Of a stretch of 64,000 nucleotides of DNA, positions 28,603 through 39,872 are shown one piece after another. A model generated the notes under the pieces. The model saw only the letters and a program-made list of their open reading frames with translations. It searched no databases and was not told where the DNA came from. The stretch is taken from positions 160,001-224,000 of the forward strand of contig CALSNU010000005.1 of the NCBI GenBank assembly GCA_943787795.1. Reading direction: 5' to 3'. The translations under genes and the position numbers were made by a program. The first letter of the stretch is position 1. The number at the start of each line of letters is the position of its first letter. Origin of the DNA: an uncultured bacterium (GTDB taxonomy: Bacteria; Planctomycetota; UBA1135; GCA-002686595).

Positions 28603-30164
28603 CCGGGAGCTCGTTTCGCGGGCCCGCATCCCCGCGCCGGAACGTCTATGAGGGGCTCTCCAGCCTCGAGGTGTCGGGGGCCCACCTCACGGGCCCGCCG
28701 CTCCTCCTCGGTCACCGCGGCGCGCCGAGGGAGGCGCCGGAGAACACCCTCGCGGCGCTTCGGCGGGCGCTCGAGGCGGGCCTCGACGGGGTGGAGTACG
28801 ACGTCCGTGCGTGCGGAAGCGGCGACCTCGTGCTCTTCCACGACGCGCGGCTCGAGCGCACCACGGATCATCGCGGCGCCCTCTCGGAGCTGGACCTGCG
28901 GGACCTCTTCAGCGTGGACGCCGGCGGCTGGTTCTCGAAGCGCTTCGCCGGGGAACCGGTCCCGCTCCTCGATGAGGCGCTCGGGGTGACCGCCGAGGCG
29001 CGAGCCTCGGAGCCGCCCTTCCACATGATCGAGCTCAAGGAGGCAGGGCTGATCCCTCGGCTCACCGAGCTGCTCGCCGAGCGCCGGCCCCCGATCCCGT
29101 GCAGGGTCGCGAGCTTTCGGAGGGACGTGGTGCTCGACGCTCGAGACGCGGGTCTATCCACCATGCTGCTCGGTATCTCCGCGAACGAGGACGACCGGCG
29201 CTTCGTCAGAGACGAGCGGATCGACGCGTACTCGGTGGGCCCCCGCGGGTGGAGGGGGGAGGCCGGCGGCGCGGACTGGTCGTTCACCGAGCGCTGGGCC
29301 TGGGCGATCGACGATCCGGACGAGCTCCTCGAGCTCTGCCGGCAGCCGCTGTTCGGGCTCAACTCGAACGAGCCCCACCGTGCGCTCGCCGCCCGGGCCC
29401 TGGCGCGGATGCTCCCAGGGTCCAGCGCGCCTTACCCCGTCCGTCCCCCTGAGCTGTTCGTGGAGCCAGAGACCCTCGAGGACCGGGCCCGTGGTGAGTG
29501 GTTCGGGGACTGGACCAGCGCCGTGACCGTGGCGAACCCCTTCCCCTTTCCCGTGGAGGCGCGCGCGTCGGCGTTTGTGCCGCACGGGGCCTTCGAGATC
29601 GAGGGGCTCCCTCGGGTGCTGGAGCTCGAGGCGGAGGAGGAGCGATCGGTGGAGTTCCGTATCCGCGGTGGCGCCCGAGTGCCGGGCCCGGACCCGCTCA
29701 TCGGCGTCCTCTACAGCTGGCGGGGAGGCCTCGCCGTGGACGGAGAGATCCGGCCTGGGGGGAGCCTGCTCATTGACGCGCCCCTGACCCGGCGGCGCGC
29801 GGCCACGGCCGATGGCCTCGCCAGGCGGCTGGAGCTGCTCGCTGAGCGGCCCGGAGATCCCCCCGCTTCGATCACCGCTCGCAGAGCAGGCAAGGACATC
29901 GTCCTCAGCATCGAGAACCCCGGCGGCCTCACGGACGCCCATCTCGTGGCGCGCCTCGGGCTCGAGGTGGTCCGGGGCGGGCGGGGCCTCCGCTTGCGGC
30001 TGCCCGAGCGCTTCGACGACGTCCCCCTCGGCGTCGAGTTCTCTTGCGGCATCGAGGGGCTCAGCCCTGACGGCGAGCGTCGCCTGCGACGCTGGTCGGG
30101 TGGGCTCCCCGCAGGGCTCGGGCACGGCGCCCCTGGGCTCCTCATCCCCCTCGCCAGGGGCTAG
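28599..30164 (+). CDS. Glycerophosphodiester phosphodiesterase with C-terminal extension
   Basis: GHRGAPREAPENTLAA, VEYDV and FHDARLERTT motifs. GTG 28599 overlaps the upstream stop (GTGA). Confidence 0.85.
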   Translation: MTGSSFRGPASPRRNVYEGLSSLEVSGAHLTGPPLLLGHRGAPREAPENTLAALRRALEAGLDGVEYDVRACGSGDLVLFHDARLERTTDHRGALSELDLRDLFSVDAGGWFSKRFAGEPVPLLDEALGVTAEARASEPPFHMIELKEAGLIPRLTELLAERRPPIPCRVASFRRDVVLDARDAGLSTMLLGISANEDDRRFVRDERIDAYSVGPRGWRGEAGGADWSFTERWAWAIDDPDELLELCRQPLFGLNSNEPHRALAARALARMLPGSSAPYPVRPPELFVEPETLEDRARGEWFGDWTSAVTVANPFPFPVEARASAFVPHGAFEIEGLPRVLELEAEEERSVEFRIRGGARVPGPDPLIGVLYSWRGGLAVDGEIRPGGSLLIDAPLTRRRAATADGLARRLELLAERPGDPPASITARRAGKDIVLSIENPGGLTDAHLVARLGLEVVRGGRGLRLRLPERFDDVPLGVEFSCGIEGLSPDGERRLRRWSGGLPAGLGHGAPGLLIPLARG

Positions 30165-30383
30165 GCGGCCCCGCCGCTCGTCCCGGGCTGAGGCGCGAGG
30201 GGAGTCCATGTGCCTCGCTTCGGCGCATCAAGCCCTGGCAGCGCAGCAGAGCCGGTCTTCTGCTCCTCTTCCCGCGGGGGGCCGGTCGATGTTCGTCTCC
30301 GCACCCACGCGCTTCGGCGGGTGGTGGCGCCTGGTCGGGAGGAGACCTGACCTGCCAGCAGGATCCAGTGAGAGGGCGAAGAG

Positions 30384-30677
30384 ATGAATGAGAGTCAGCG
30401 AGCCATGCACCGGCTCATCGAGGAGGTGGTCTCCCTGTCGGAGGGGACCCGGTTCCTCGCGCGGAGCGAGGACTACCGTGCCGAAGCCCTGAGGGTCGTC
30501 CGCGGGTACGCCGGGGCCGTCCTTCAGGCGGTGGATCGCCTCGGAGGCGCGATGGACGCCGGGAGCGAGGAGGCCCTTGACCGCCCGCGTGAGAGCGCAG
30601 AGGTCGTGATCAGCGGCGGACCCGCCGCACCGGTGGGGGCCCCGGTGGACGGCCTGGGCGACCTCTTTGCAGAGTAG
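30384..30677 (+). CDS. Hypothetical protein (97 aa)
   Basis: ATG preceded by a purine-rich stretch; protein-like composition; no recognised motif. Confidence 0.45.
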   Translation: MNESQRAMHRLIEEVVSLSEGTRFLARSEDYRAEALRVVRGYAGAVLQAVDRLGGAMDAGSEEALDRPRESAEVVISGGPAAPVGAPVDGLGDLFAE

Positions 30678-30682
30678 CGCTG

Positions 30683-30732
30683 CGGGGGCGTCTCTGCGGC
30701 GGGGGGCGTCTCTGCGGCGGGGGGCGTCTCTG
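30683..30732. repeat. 18-bp tandem repeat x3 between convergent genes
   Basis: Unit ggggggcgtctctgcggc. Confidence 0.8.
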
Positions 30733-30759
30733 GCGAGCCGCCTCCCCTGACGCGCGAGG

Positions 30760-32279
<1,520 letters not shown>

Positions 32280-32283
<4 letters not shown>

Positions 32284-33680
32284 GTCGCGGATGCGAGGGC
32301 GTGCTGATTGGCCATGGCGATCCCCGACAGCATCGCGCCGACGATGCCGAGGTATCCCTGGTCGGTCCCGCAGAGGAAGAGGCCGTCCACGGCGGTCCTC
32401 CCGCTGCGCTGCTTGCGCGTGGAGCCGTAGACGGCCCCGCCGAGGTGTCCGGTGAACTTCTCGATGGTCCGTGGCGTGAACCCGTCCACGTAGACCGAGT
32501 GGGGGCGAACGTCGAAGGCGAAGGGGGCGGCGACCCCGTGGGCTTCGCCCCAGATCCGATCCTTGGCGCCGGTGTAGGCCTCCTCGTTGAGGGCCGTCCA
32601 CTCGTCATGGCGCGCCAGGAGAGTCAGGCGGAGCAGGCCCTCGGGCAGGGGCTCCTTGGAGGCGTAGTTATCGGGGCAGCAGATGACGCCGCTGCGCAGA
32701 TCCACCAGCTGCCCAGGCTCGGGCGGCCCGTAGACCAGGCGATCCTCGGTGTTGAAGAACACGATGGTGTCGTCGTGGCCGAGGTCCCTCGGGCGCTGGT
32801 CGAGGACGGTCAGGTACTCCACGAAGGAGAGCGGTCCGATGTCGGCCTCCTGGGTGGTGTCCGCCTCCTCCGTCAGCCGCATGGTCTCCACGAAGCCGGC
32901 GCTGGAGATCACGACGTCCGCCAGCAACTCGGTGCCGTCATCGAGCACCACGCCACGGACCCCGTCGTGGCCATGGAGGATTCGCTGGACGCCAGCGCGC
33001 ATGCGGAGCTCTCCGCCGAGGTCCTTGTAGCGGTTCCGGAGCAGGTCCAGCACCCGCCGGACACCGCCGTCCGGGCGCGCGAAGCCCTCCTCGTAGAGGC
33101 TCTTGAAGAGGATGATGAACGAGGACCACTCCACGTCATCCGGCGTCGGGCTGCCGTAATAGAGCAGCGGAAGGAGCAGCATCTCCACGAGCGTCTGGTC
33201 CTTCAGGTAGGGCGCGAGCTCGTCGCGCGCCATCCTCGGGGGGCCAGACTCATCCGAGAGGTCGGGGTACCCCGCGAGGTCCCGGACAAGCCGGTCGAAG
33301 CCGTCGATGTCCCCGGGGAACTTCTCGGCGACCTCGGAGCGGAGGAGCTCGAAGTCGTTGTTCCAGCGCAGCGAGACGCCCGGAAAGTCGACCCGACTGC
33401 CGCTCTGCTCGCCGAGCTCGAGGGCGTCGTAGGGGATCCGCAGCTGCCTAAGGATCCGCGTCAGGGGCCGGCCCTTCGTCCCCTTGGGGACAAAGTTCGT
33501 CAGAGCGTGGAGCCCGACGTCGAAGCGGCGCCCCTTCTGCTTGTAGAAGGAGTTGAGACCGCCCCAGAGGTAGTGGCGGTCCAGGACGATGACCCGCTGG
33601 TCAAACTGCGCCAGGCGGATACCAGCAGCGAGGCCGCTCATCCCCGCGCCGATGACGATGGTGTCGTACTTCTCGGTCAC
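32280..33680 (-). CDS. Phytoene desaturase (CrtI)-like FAD-dependent oxidoreductase (paralogue)
   Basis: YDTIVIGAGMSG, FDVGLH, FTPRT..FTG..GAVYG and GIVGAMLSG. Confidence 0.85.
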
Positions 33681-33704
33681 GGGAATGGGCGGATCGGCCT
33701 CGGA

Positions 33705-33977
<273 letters not shown>

Positions 33978-34004
33978 TGGATGAGTGGGGAAGGGGATGG
34001 GGGA

Positions 34005-35255
34005 TCAGTTGGAGTCAGGTCGCTTCACGACGAGGGCACTGTTGATGCCCAACATCCCGAAGCTGAGATTGAGGATGGTCTCGACGCCGCTGGTCTGGCG
34101 GGGCTCGTTGATGACGAGCCCTCGGACCTCACACTCGGGGTCGAGGTTGTCGACGTTGATGGTGGGGTGCACCACGCCGTCGACGAGGGAGGGCAGATTG
34201 CCCGCGAGCTCCAGGGAGCCGGCGGCGCCCATGGTGTGCCCGATGTAGCTCTTGGTGTTGTTGATGTTGGTGGAGGCCGAGTCTCCGAACACCTCGCGCA
34301 CCGCGCCCGACTCCTGGATGTCGCCCTGGGGCGTGGAGGTGGCGTGGGTGCTGACGATGTGGATGTCGTCGGGGGCCATGCCGGCGCGGTCGAGGGCGCC
34401 GCGCATGCACTGGTTCTGGCGCTCGGGCAGGGGCAGCACGAAGTCGGCTGCGTCCGAGTTCACGTGCCAGCCAGCGAGCTCGCAGATGATGTTCGCGCCG
34501 CGCTTCACCGCGTCGTCGTAGCGCTCGAGGACGTAGAGGCACCCGCCCTCGCTGACCACGATGCCGTTCCGATCGCTGTCGAAGGGGCGGCTGACCTTGG
34601 CGGGGTCGGCGTTCTCGCCGAGGGCGCCCTCCGCCTTGAAGCTCGCGAAGATGCCGAAGGTGTGGATGGACTCGGAGACGCCGCCGGCGATGGCCACATC
34701 GACCTCGCCAAGCTGCAGCATCTGGGCGCCCTGGATGATGCCCAGGTTGCCGCCGGCGCACGCCCCGCCGATGGCGTAGTGGGGGCCGGTGATGCCCATG
34801 TTGAGGGTCACCTCGCCGGCGGGGTTGTTCGCGACCGTCCGGGGGTTGTGGTGGTGTGACCAGTACGAGGTGTCGTAGTCGTACTTGCTGATCTCGTAGA
34901 TCTGCTGCTCGGTCTCCACGTTCCCGTGCTCGGTCGTGCCGACGTAGACGCCGACGTTGTGCTTCCCGACGGCGTCCAGGTCGATGCCGGCGCTTAGCAC
35001 GGCCTCGTTGGCGCAGTAGATCGCGACCGAGCCCGCGCGGGTGCCGCGGCGGAGCGTCTTGCGGCTCTGGTGGCGCTGGTTATCGAAGTCACACTGGCCG
35101 GCGACGGTCTCGCCGAAGTAGCGGATCTCGTAGGGGGAGACCCCGGAGACCCCTGCCAGGAGGTTCTTGCGATACGTCTCGAGATCGTTGCCGTTCGGGC
35201 TCGTGAGACCGACACCGGTGATCACAATGCGAGGCTTGCTGGAGTGGTCAGGCAC
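34005..35255 (-). CDS. fabF: Beta-ketoacyl-ACP synthase (KAS II / FabF-like)
   Basis: RIVITGVG; Cys-His-His triad (GACAGG, STHATST, KSYIGHTMG); SRPFD. GTG 35255 overlaps the end of the regulator gene. Confidence 0.88.
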   Translation of the reverse strand: MPDHSSKPRIVITGVGLTSPNGNDLETYRKNLLAGVSGVSPYEIRYFGETVAGQCDFDNQRHQSRKTLRRGTRAGSVAIYCANEAVLSAGIDLDAVGKHNVGVYVGTTEHGNVETEQQIYEISKYDYDTSYWSHHHNPRTVANNPAGEVTLNMGITGPHYAIGGACAGGNLGIIQGAQMLQLGEVDVAIAGGVSESIHTFGIFASFKAEGALGENADPAKVSRPFDSDRNGIVVSEGGCLYVLERYDDAVKRGANIICELAGWHVNSDAADFVLPLPERQNQCMRGALDRAGMAPDDIHIVSTHATSTPQGDIQESGAVREVFGDSASTNINNTKSYIGHTMGAAGSLELAGNLPSLVDGVVHPTINVDNLDPECEVRGLVINEPRQTSGVETILNLSFGMLGINSALVVKRPDSN

Positions 35256-36000
35256 GCTTTGCCTCCTCTTGTTCGGACGGGCCGTCCGCTGCTTGTTGCT
35301 CGGACAGTGCGTCCGCTGCTTGGTTGGCCGCCGCGCCGGCCTGAAGGAATCGCGCGGGGACGCCGACGCCCACCTTGAACGCGGTGCCGATGGCCTTCGA
35401 GAGAAGGCTCTGCGGGTCACCCAGCGCGCTGGACACGCTGGAGAAGACGAGCTGCATGACCGCGTCAGCGAGGTCGCAGGTCGCGATGATCGAGCGCAGG
35501 GTCAGGACCCGGGGGTCCTTCGCGCCGTTGCGCTGGCGGATGATCTCGAGCATTCGCTCGGCGCCCACCTTGAAGTGTTCGAAGGCGACCTGCTCGCGGC
35601 GGCGCAGGACGGTGGCCACGATCGAGAGCGTGTTGCCCACCGGCTCGTGGACGTTGCAGCGCCGCGCGGTATCGAACGTGGAGGAGACCGCGCCCCACTC
35701 CAGCAGCTCGTTGATCGTGGCGCTCGCCGCCCCCTGGCTGATGGAGAGCTCGTGGACGATCTCCTTCGCGGAGAGCGGGCACCCCGAGAGGACCAGCAGG
35801 CCCCAGACGCGGCCGTGGATGCGCTTGAAACCGAAGGTCTTGAAGAACGCCTCGAAGGTGGCCAGCTCGGCGTGGAGCTCCGGCTCGAGACCCGTGAAGC
35901 CGGCCTCGGCAAGGAGGCTGGGTTCGCTCGCCTGGGCCAGTTCCCCGCCGGTGGGCGCGGCAGCTGAGGCTTCAGTGGGCGATTGGACGGGGTCTTGCAT
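35248..36000 (-). CDS. GbsR/MarR family transcriptional regulator
   Basis: FGFKRIHGRVWGLL..PLSAKEIVHELSISQGAASATINELLEWGAV winged HTH. Confidence 0.82.
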   Translation of the reverse strand: MQDPVQSPTEASAAAPTGGELAQASEPSLLAEAGFTGLEPELHAELATFEAFFKTFGFKRIHGRVWGLLVLSGCPLSAKEIVHELSISQGAASATINELLEWGAVSSTFDTARRCNVHEPVGNTLSIVATVLRRREQVAFEHFKVGAERMLEIIRQRNGAKDPRVLTLRSIIATCDLADAVMQLVFSSVSSALGDPQSLLSKAIGTAFKVGVGVPARFLQAGAAANQAADALSEQQAADGPSEQEEAKRA

Positions 36001-36027
36001 GCGGCCTGGCTTCGTGCTCGCAACGCA

Positions 36028-36045
36028 TTTCAGATTTTCCTGAAA
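36028..36045. promoter_or_regulatory. Palindromic operator candidate TTTCAG-N6-CTGAAA
   Basis: Perfect AT-rich dyad 28-45 bp upstream of the regulator start, flanked by outer arms gctcgca/tgcgagc (36016-36054). Confidence 0.65.
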
Positions 36046-36295
36046 GCTGCGAGCGAGAGTTGTACCTGTCGCGGACTCGCGTCGACCCCGTAATCGTCAA
36101 AAACGGGACGGCTTCCGCGTGGATCGAAGGAGCACCAGGGGCGATCGCGGCGATCCAGGGGGGCCAGGCGGTTGTCCAGACGGCAGGCTTGCCCGTCGAG
36201 CGGGCAGGCACCGGGACAATGGCCCATGCCAAGGCCGTGGCAATGGCCCGGACAACAGCTCGGAGGGCCACCGCGTGACCGGGGAGGCGGTCGAG

Positions 36296-36982
36296 TCAGA
36301 GACCGAGGGTGCCCCTCAACCAGGCGCCCATGTCCGTGATCTGCTCGGGGCAGACCTGGTGAGCCATGGCGTAGGTGCGCCACTCCAGCGGGTAGCCGAG
36401 CCCCAGGAGCCGATCCCGGGCGGCCTCGCCCATGCGAGGGAGGACCATGGGGTCCTCTGTACCGTGACACTGGAGGATCGACGTCTCCCGGTTCGCCTCA
36501 GAGCGCTCCTCGTCCAGGTCTCCGTCGCACGCGAGGTAGGTGGAGAGGGCGAGGATCCCGGCGAGGGGCTCGGGGTGGCGGAGGCCCTCGTGGAGAGCGA
36601 TCGCGCCGCCCTGGCTGAAGCCCGCCAGGACGATGCGGGCGGCGGGGATCCCCGCCGCCTTCTCGCGCTCGACCAGGGCCCGTGTGTGTGCCGCGGAGCT
36701 CCGCACGCCGGCCTCATCCACGCGCCGCTCGAAGTCCATGCCGAGGATGTCGTACCAGGCGGGCATCACCATCCCGCCGTTGACGGTGACGGGGATCTGT
36801 GGCGCGTGCGGGAAGACGAACCGGACCGCGTGGTCCTCGGGCAGGCCAAGCTCGGGAACGATGGGGGGGAAGTCATGCCCGCTCGCACCCAGGCCATGGA
36901 GCCAGATCACGGAGGCTTCGGCGGGGCGGCCGGGTTCGAGGACGACGCAGTCGAGGAGGGAGTCGGGGGACATGGGGGCCAT
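36296..36982 (-). CDS. Carboxylesterase / phospholipase (alpha/beta hydrolase)
   Basis: WLHGLGA, PAWYDI, GFSQGG, HGTEDPMV and catalytic His. Start at 36982 or 36973. Confidence 0.9.
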   Translation of the reverse strand: MAPMSPDSLLDCVVLEPGRPAEASVIWLHGLGASGHDFPPIVPELGLPEDHAVRFVFPHAPQIPVTVNGGMVMPAWYDILGMDFERRVDEAGVRSSAAHTRALVEREKAAGIPAARIVLAGFSQGGAIALHEGLRHPEPLAGILALSTYLACDGDLDEERSEANRETSILQCHGTEDPMVLPRMGEAARDRLLGLGYPLEWRTYAMAHQVCPEQITDMGAWLRGTLGL

Positions 36983-36996
36983 TGCCGTCTGGGGGA

Positions 36997-38031
36997 TCAC
37001 CACTCCAGGCCGAGCATCAAGCAGTGGAGTCCGCTGCCGATGCCCTGCATGGCCACGCGGTGACCGGGTTGGATGAAGTCGTCGCGGGTTGCGAGCGCCA
37101 GTGTGGCCGGCAGGGACACGGAACCGACGTTGCCGAGGGTCTCCACCGAGGTGTAGTCGCGGGCGTGGTCGAGGCCGAGCATCTCGAACAGCGTCCGCTT
37201 GTGCTGGGCGCCGACCTGGTGCGTGACGATGCGGTCCACCTCGCCCGAGGTCCAGCCGAGCTCCTCGAGGAAGGCCGGCCACGTCCGGGCGGCGAGGGCG
37301 TTGCCGGCCTGCAGGAGGGCCTCGGAGTCGGTGTCCATGAGCGGTCCGCTCGAGCCGTTGACGCGGTCGCCGCTGCAGAGCTCGTGGTGCTCTGTTGCGG
37401 CGCGAGCGACGCCGCCGAGGAGGCGGTGGCTGGACCGGGAGATCCTGGAGCTCGTCAGCACCATGGCCGCGGCGCCGGAGCCGATGGTCAGCGAGGCGTA
37501 CGCGCGCTTGAGGTCCTGGCGGGTGACGCCCTCTCGCAGGAGCGCGGCTATGGTCTCCTCGACCAGCGGTCCGCCGTCCTCGCCGCTCACGATCAGCGCG
37601 GCTTCGAGCTCACCGCGCTCGATCCGGCTCGCAAGGAGCGACATCGCGTTGGCGAAGCCGAGGCAGGCGTTCGAGAGGTCGAAGGCCTCGCACTCAGCGC
37701 TGAGACCGAGGCGGGCGTGCACCACCGAGGCCGTCGCTGGCTCCATGAAGTCGCGGCAGACCGAGGAGTGAATGAGGCAGCCGATCTTCGCAGGATCGAC
37801 CCCGGATCGCTCGATGGCGTCCTTGCCGGCGCGGGCGGCCGCGTCGCTGGGGCGCGTCCCGGGCTTCCAGAAGCGGCGCTCCTTGATCCCGCTCATGAGC
37901 TCGAGTCGACCCACGGAGACTCCCAGGCGCCCGTACAGGGCACCTAGCCGCCCTTCGAGGTCTGTCGAGGTGACGACCTGCTGGGGCAAGGCGAGGCCCA
38001 GGGCCTCGATGTGGACATTCTCGAACCGCAT
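36997..38031 (-). CDS. oleA: OleA-type 3-oxoacyl-ACP synthase III / condensing thiolase
   Basis: EPATAS (OleA catalytic Glu), NACLGF (Cys), THQVG, GNVGS and the GIGSGL.C..LGLEW C-terminus. Confidence 0.82.
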   Translation of the reverse strand: MRFENVHIEALGLALPQQVVTSTDLEGRLGALYGRLGVSVGRLELMSGIKERRFWKPGTRPSDAAARAGKDAIERSGVDPAKIGCLIHSSVCRDFMEPATASVVHARLGLSAECEAFDLSNACLGFANAMSLLASRIERGELEAALIVSGEDGGPLVEETIAALLREGVTRQDLKRAYASLTIGSGAAAMVLTSSRISRSSHRLLGGVARAATEHHELCSGDRVNGSSGPLMDTDSEALLQAGNALAARTWPAFLEELGWTSGEVDRIVTHQVGAQHKRTLFEMLGLDHARDYTSVETLGNVGSVSLPATLALATRDDFIQPGHRVAMQGIGSGLHCLMLGLEW

Positions 38032-38144
38032 TGAGGCGGAGACCCTACCGATTCGGGGCTTCGCCCGCGACCGGTTGCGGGCGGAGAGCCCTCCGTTGAC
38101 ACTTGGGGTCCGGCCCTCGCCCCGGCTCGGCCGCTCCCCCGCCC

Positions 38145-39473
38145 ATGGCCCCTCCGCCCCCCCTGACGATCCTCCACGTGGACATGGACGCCTTTTATGC
38201 GTCGGTGGAGGTCCGTGATAATCCTTCGCTGGAGGGGTTGCCGGTATGCGTCGGCGGCCCGGCCGCGAGCCGGGGGGTGATCGCGGCGGCGAGCTACGAG
38301 GCGCGGCGCTTCGGGGTGCATTCGGCGATGGCCACGGCGGTGGCGAGGCGAATGTGCCCTGACCTGGTGCTGCTCCCGCCGGACTTCGACAAGTACACGG
38401 CGGTCAGCCGCGAGGTGATGGCGATCTTCCGTCGCTACACCCCCACGGTCGAGCCGCTGTCACTCGACGAGGCGTTCCTCGACGTCAGCGGGTCCGAGCG
38501 CCTCTTCGGCGACGCCGAGCAGATCGGCCGCAGGATCAAGGACGACATTCTGCGCGAGACGAGCCTCGTCGCCTCGGTCGGGGTGGCCCCGACCAAGTTC
38601 CTGGCCAAGCTGGCCTCCGACCTCGACAAGCCGGACGGGTTCCGCGTGATCCGGCACGGCGAGGAACGGGCGGTGCTTGACCCGCTGCCCGTGTCGAAGA
38701 TCTTCGGCGTCGGACCGCGCTCGGCGAAGCGCCTTCAGGGGATGGGGGTGAGGACCATCGGTGACCTGGCGAGCCGACCCCGCAGGGTCGTGGCTCGCCA
38801 GTTCGGCGCCTCGGCGATCTGGATCCACGACCTGGCGCACGGCATCGACCCGCGCCGTGTGACGCCACGGCGGGAGGAGAAGTCGCACGGCATGGAGCGC
38901 ACCTTCGCCGAGGACATCTCCGATCAGGAGGAGCTCCGCGCCCTGCTGATGAGCTTCTCCGAGGAGGTCGCCTTTCACCTTCGAGACAAGGGGCTCCGCG
39001 GAAAGACGGTGACCCTCAAGGCGCGCTTCAGCGACTTCAAGACCGTCACACGCACCAAGACGCTCGCCCACGCCACCAACCTGGGGCCGAGCATCTACTC
39101 CGTCGCCAGCGAGCTGCTCAACCGCATCGATGACCGCCCCCTGCGGCTCCTCGGCGTCCAGATCAGCCGCCTCGAGGATGTGCGCCAGCCCGTGCAGAAG
39201 ACCCTGTTCAACGGGGCCATGGCGGAGCCTTCCACGAGGAAGGACTACCTCGCCTCGGCGGAGAAGCTGGCCAAGGTCACCCCCAGCCTCGACAAGCTCC
39301 GGCGCAAGTTCGGGCGGGGCGTCGTCGTGCCCGCCGCGATCCTCGACAAGGGGGTTCCCCGGGGGCGCGACGGTACCGGCGCTGCGGGCCAGGCCTCGCC
39401 CGAGGACGAAGTCCAGCCGGGGCTCGACGGAGGGCGCGTGGGGGGCCCCGAAGGTCACCCGCTCGAGGACTAG
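38145..39473 (+). CDS. dinB: DNA polymerase IV
   Basis: ILHVDMDAFYASVE, ASYEARRFGVHSAM, LSLDEAFLD and LAKLASDLDKPDG. Confidence 0.95.
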   Translation: MAPPPPLTILHVDMDAFYASVEVRDNPSLEGLPVCVGGPAASRGVIAAASYEARRFGVHSAMATAVARRMCPDLVLLPPDFDKYTAVSREVMAIFRRYTPTVEPLSLDEAFLDVSGSERLFGDAEQIGRRIKDDILRETSLVASVGVAPTKFLAKLASDLDKPDGFRVIRHGEERAVLDPLPVSKIFGVGPRSAKRLQGMGVRTIGDLASRPRRVVARQFGASAIWIHDLAHGIDPRRVTPRREEKSHGMERTFAEDISDQEELRALLMSFSEEVAFHLRDKGLRGKTVTLKARFSDFKTVTRTKTLAHATNLGPSIYSVASELLNRIDDRPLRLLGVQISRLEDVRQPVQKTLFNGAMAEPSTRKDYLASAEKLAKVTPSLDKLRRKFGRGVVVPAAILDKGVPRGRDGTGAAGQASPEDEVQPGLDGGRVGGPEGHPLED

Positions 39474-39490
39474 AGGCCACCGGCGAGGAA

Positions 39491-39560
39491 CGGGGCCCAA
39501 GATCAGGGCCAAGGATTGGGGCCAGGGATCGGGGCCATGGATCGGGGCCATGGATCGGGG
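39491..39560. repeat. 13-bp tandem repeat x5 downstream of dinB
   Basis: Consensus cggggccatggat with stepwise divergence between copies. Confidence 0.8.
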
Positions 39561-39872
39561 GTCGCGCTGGGACGCAGGCAGGGCCCCGCGCCAGGAGCGG
39601 GGGCTCTGGACCTGAGCGGTGGCCCAGATGTGAGCGGTCGCCCGGTCCCGAGGCGGACCCCGGAAGAGAGGTCACGGGGGTCGGTGCGCGCGGCGCGGCG
39701 GCCCAAGGGGGTGGGGGGGCCCGCGTGAGGCTCCCCTCGCTTGCGCCCGTGGGCCGCGCCGCTCCGTGCCCGGGGATGGCACGCCGCGCATGCGTTCCAG
39801 GTCTCTGAGCGTGGCGGCGGGTCGACCCGTCAGAGCCGCCGGCTCAGCGCGCGTGGCGCGCTCGGCCGTGAC

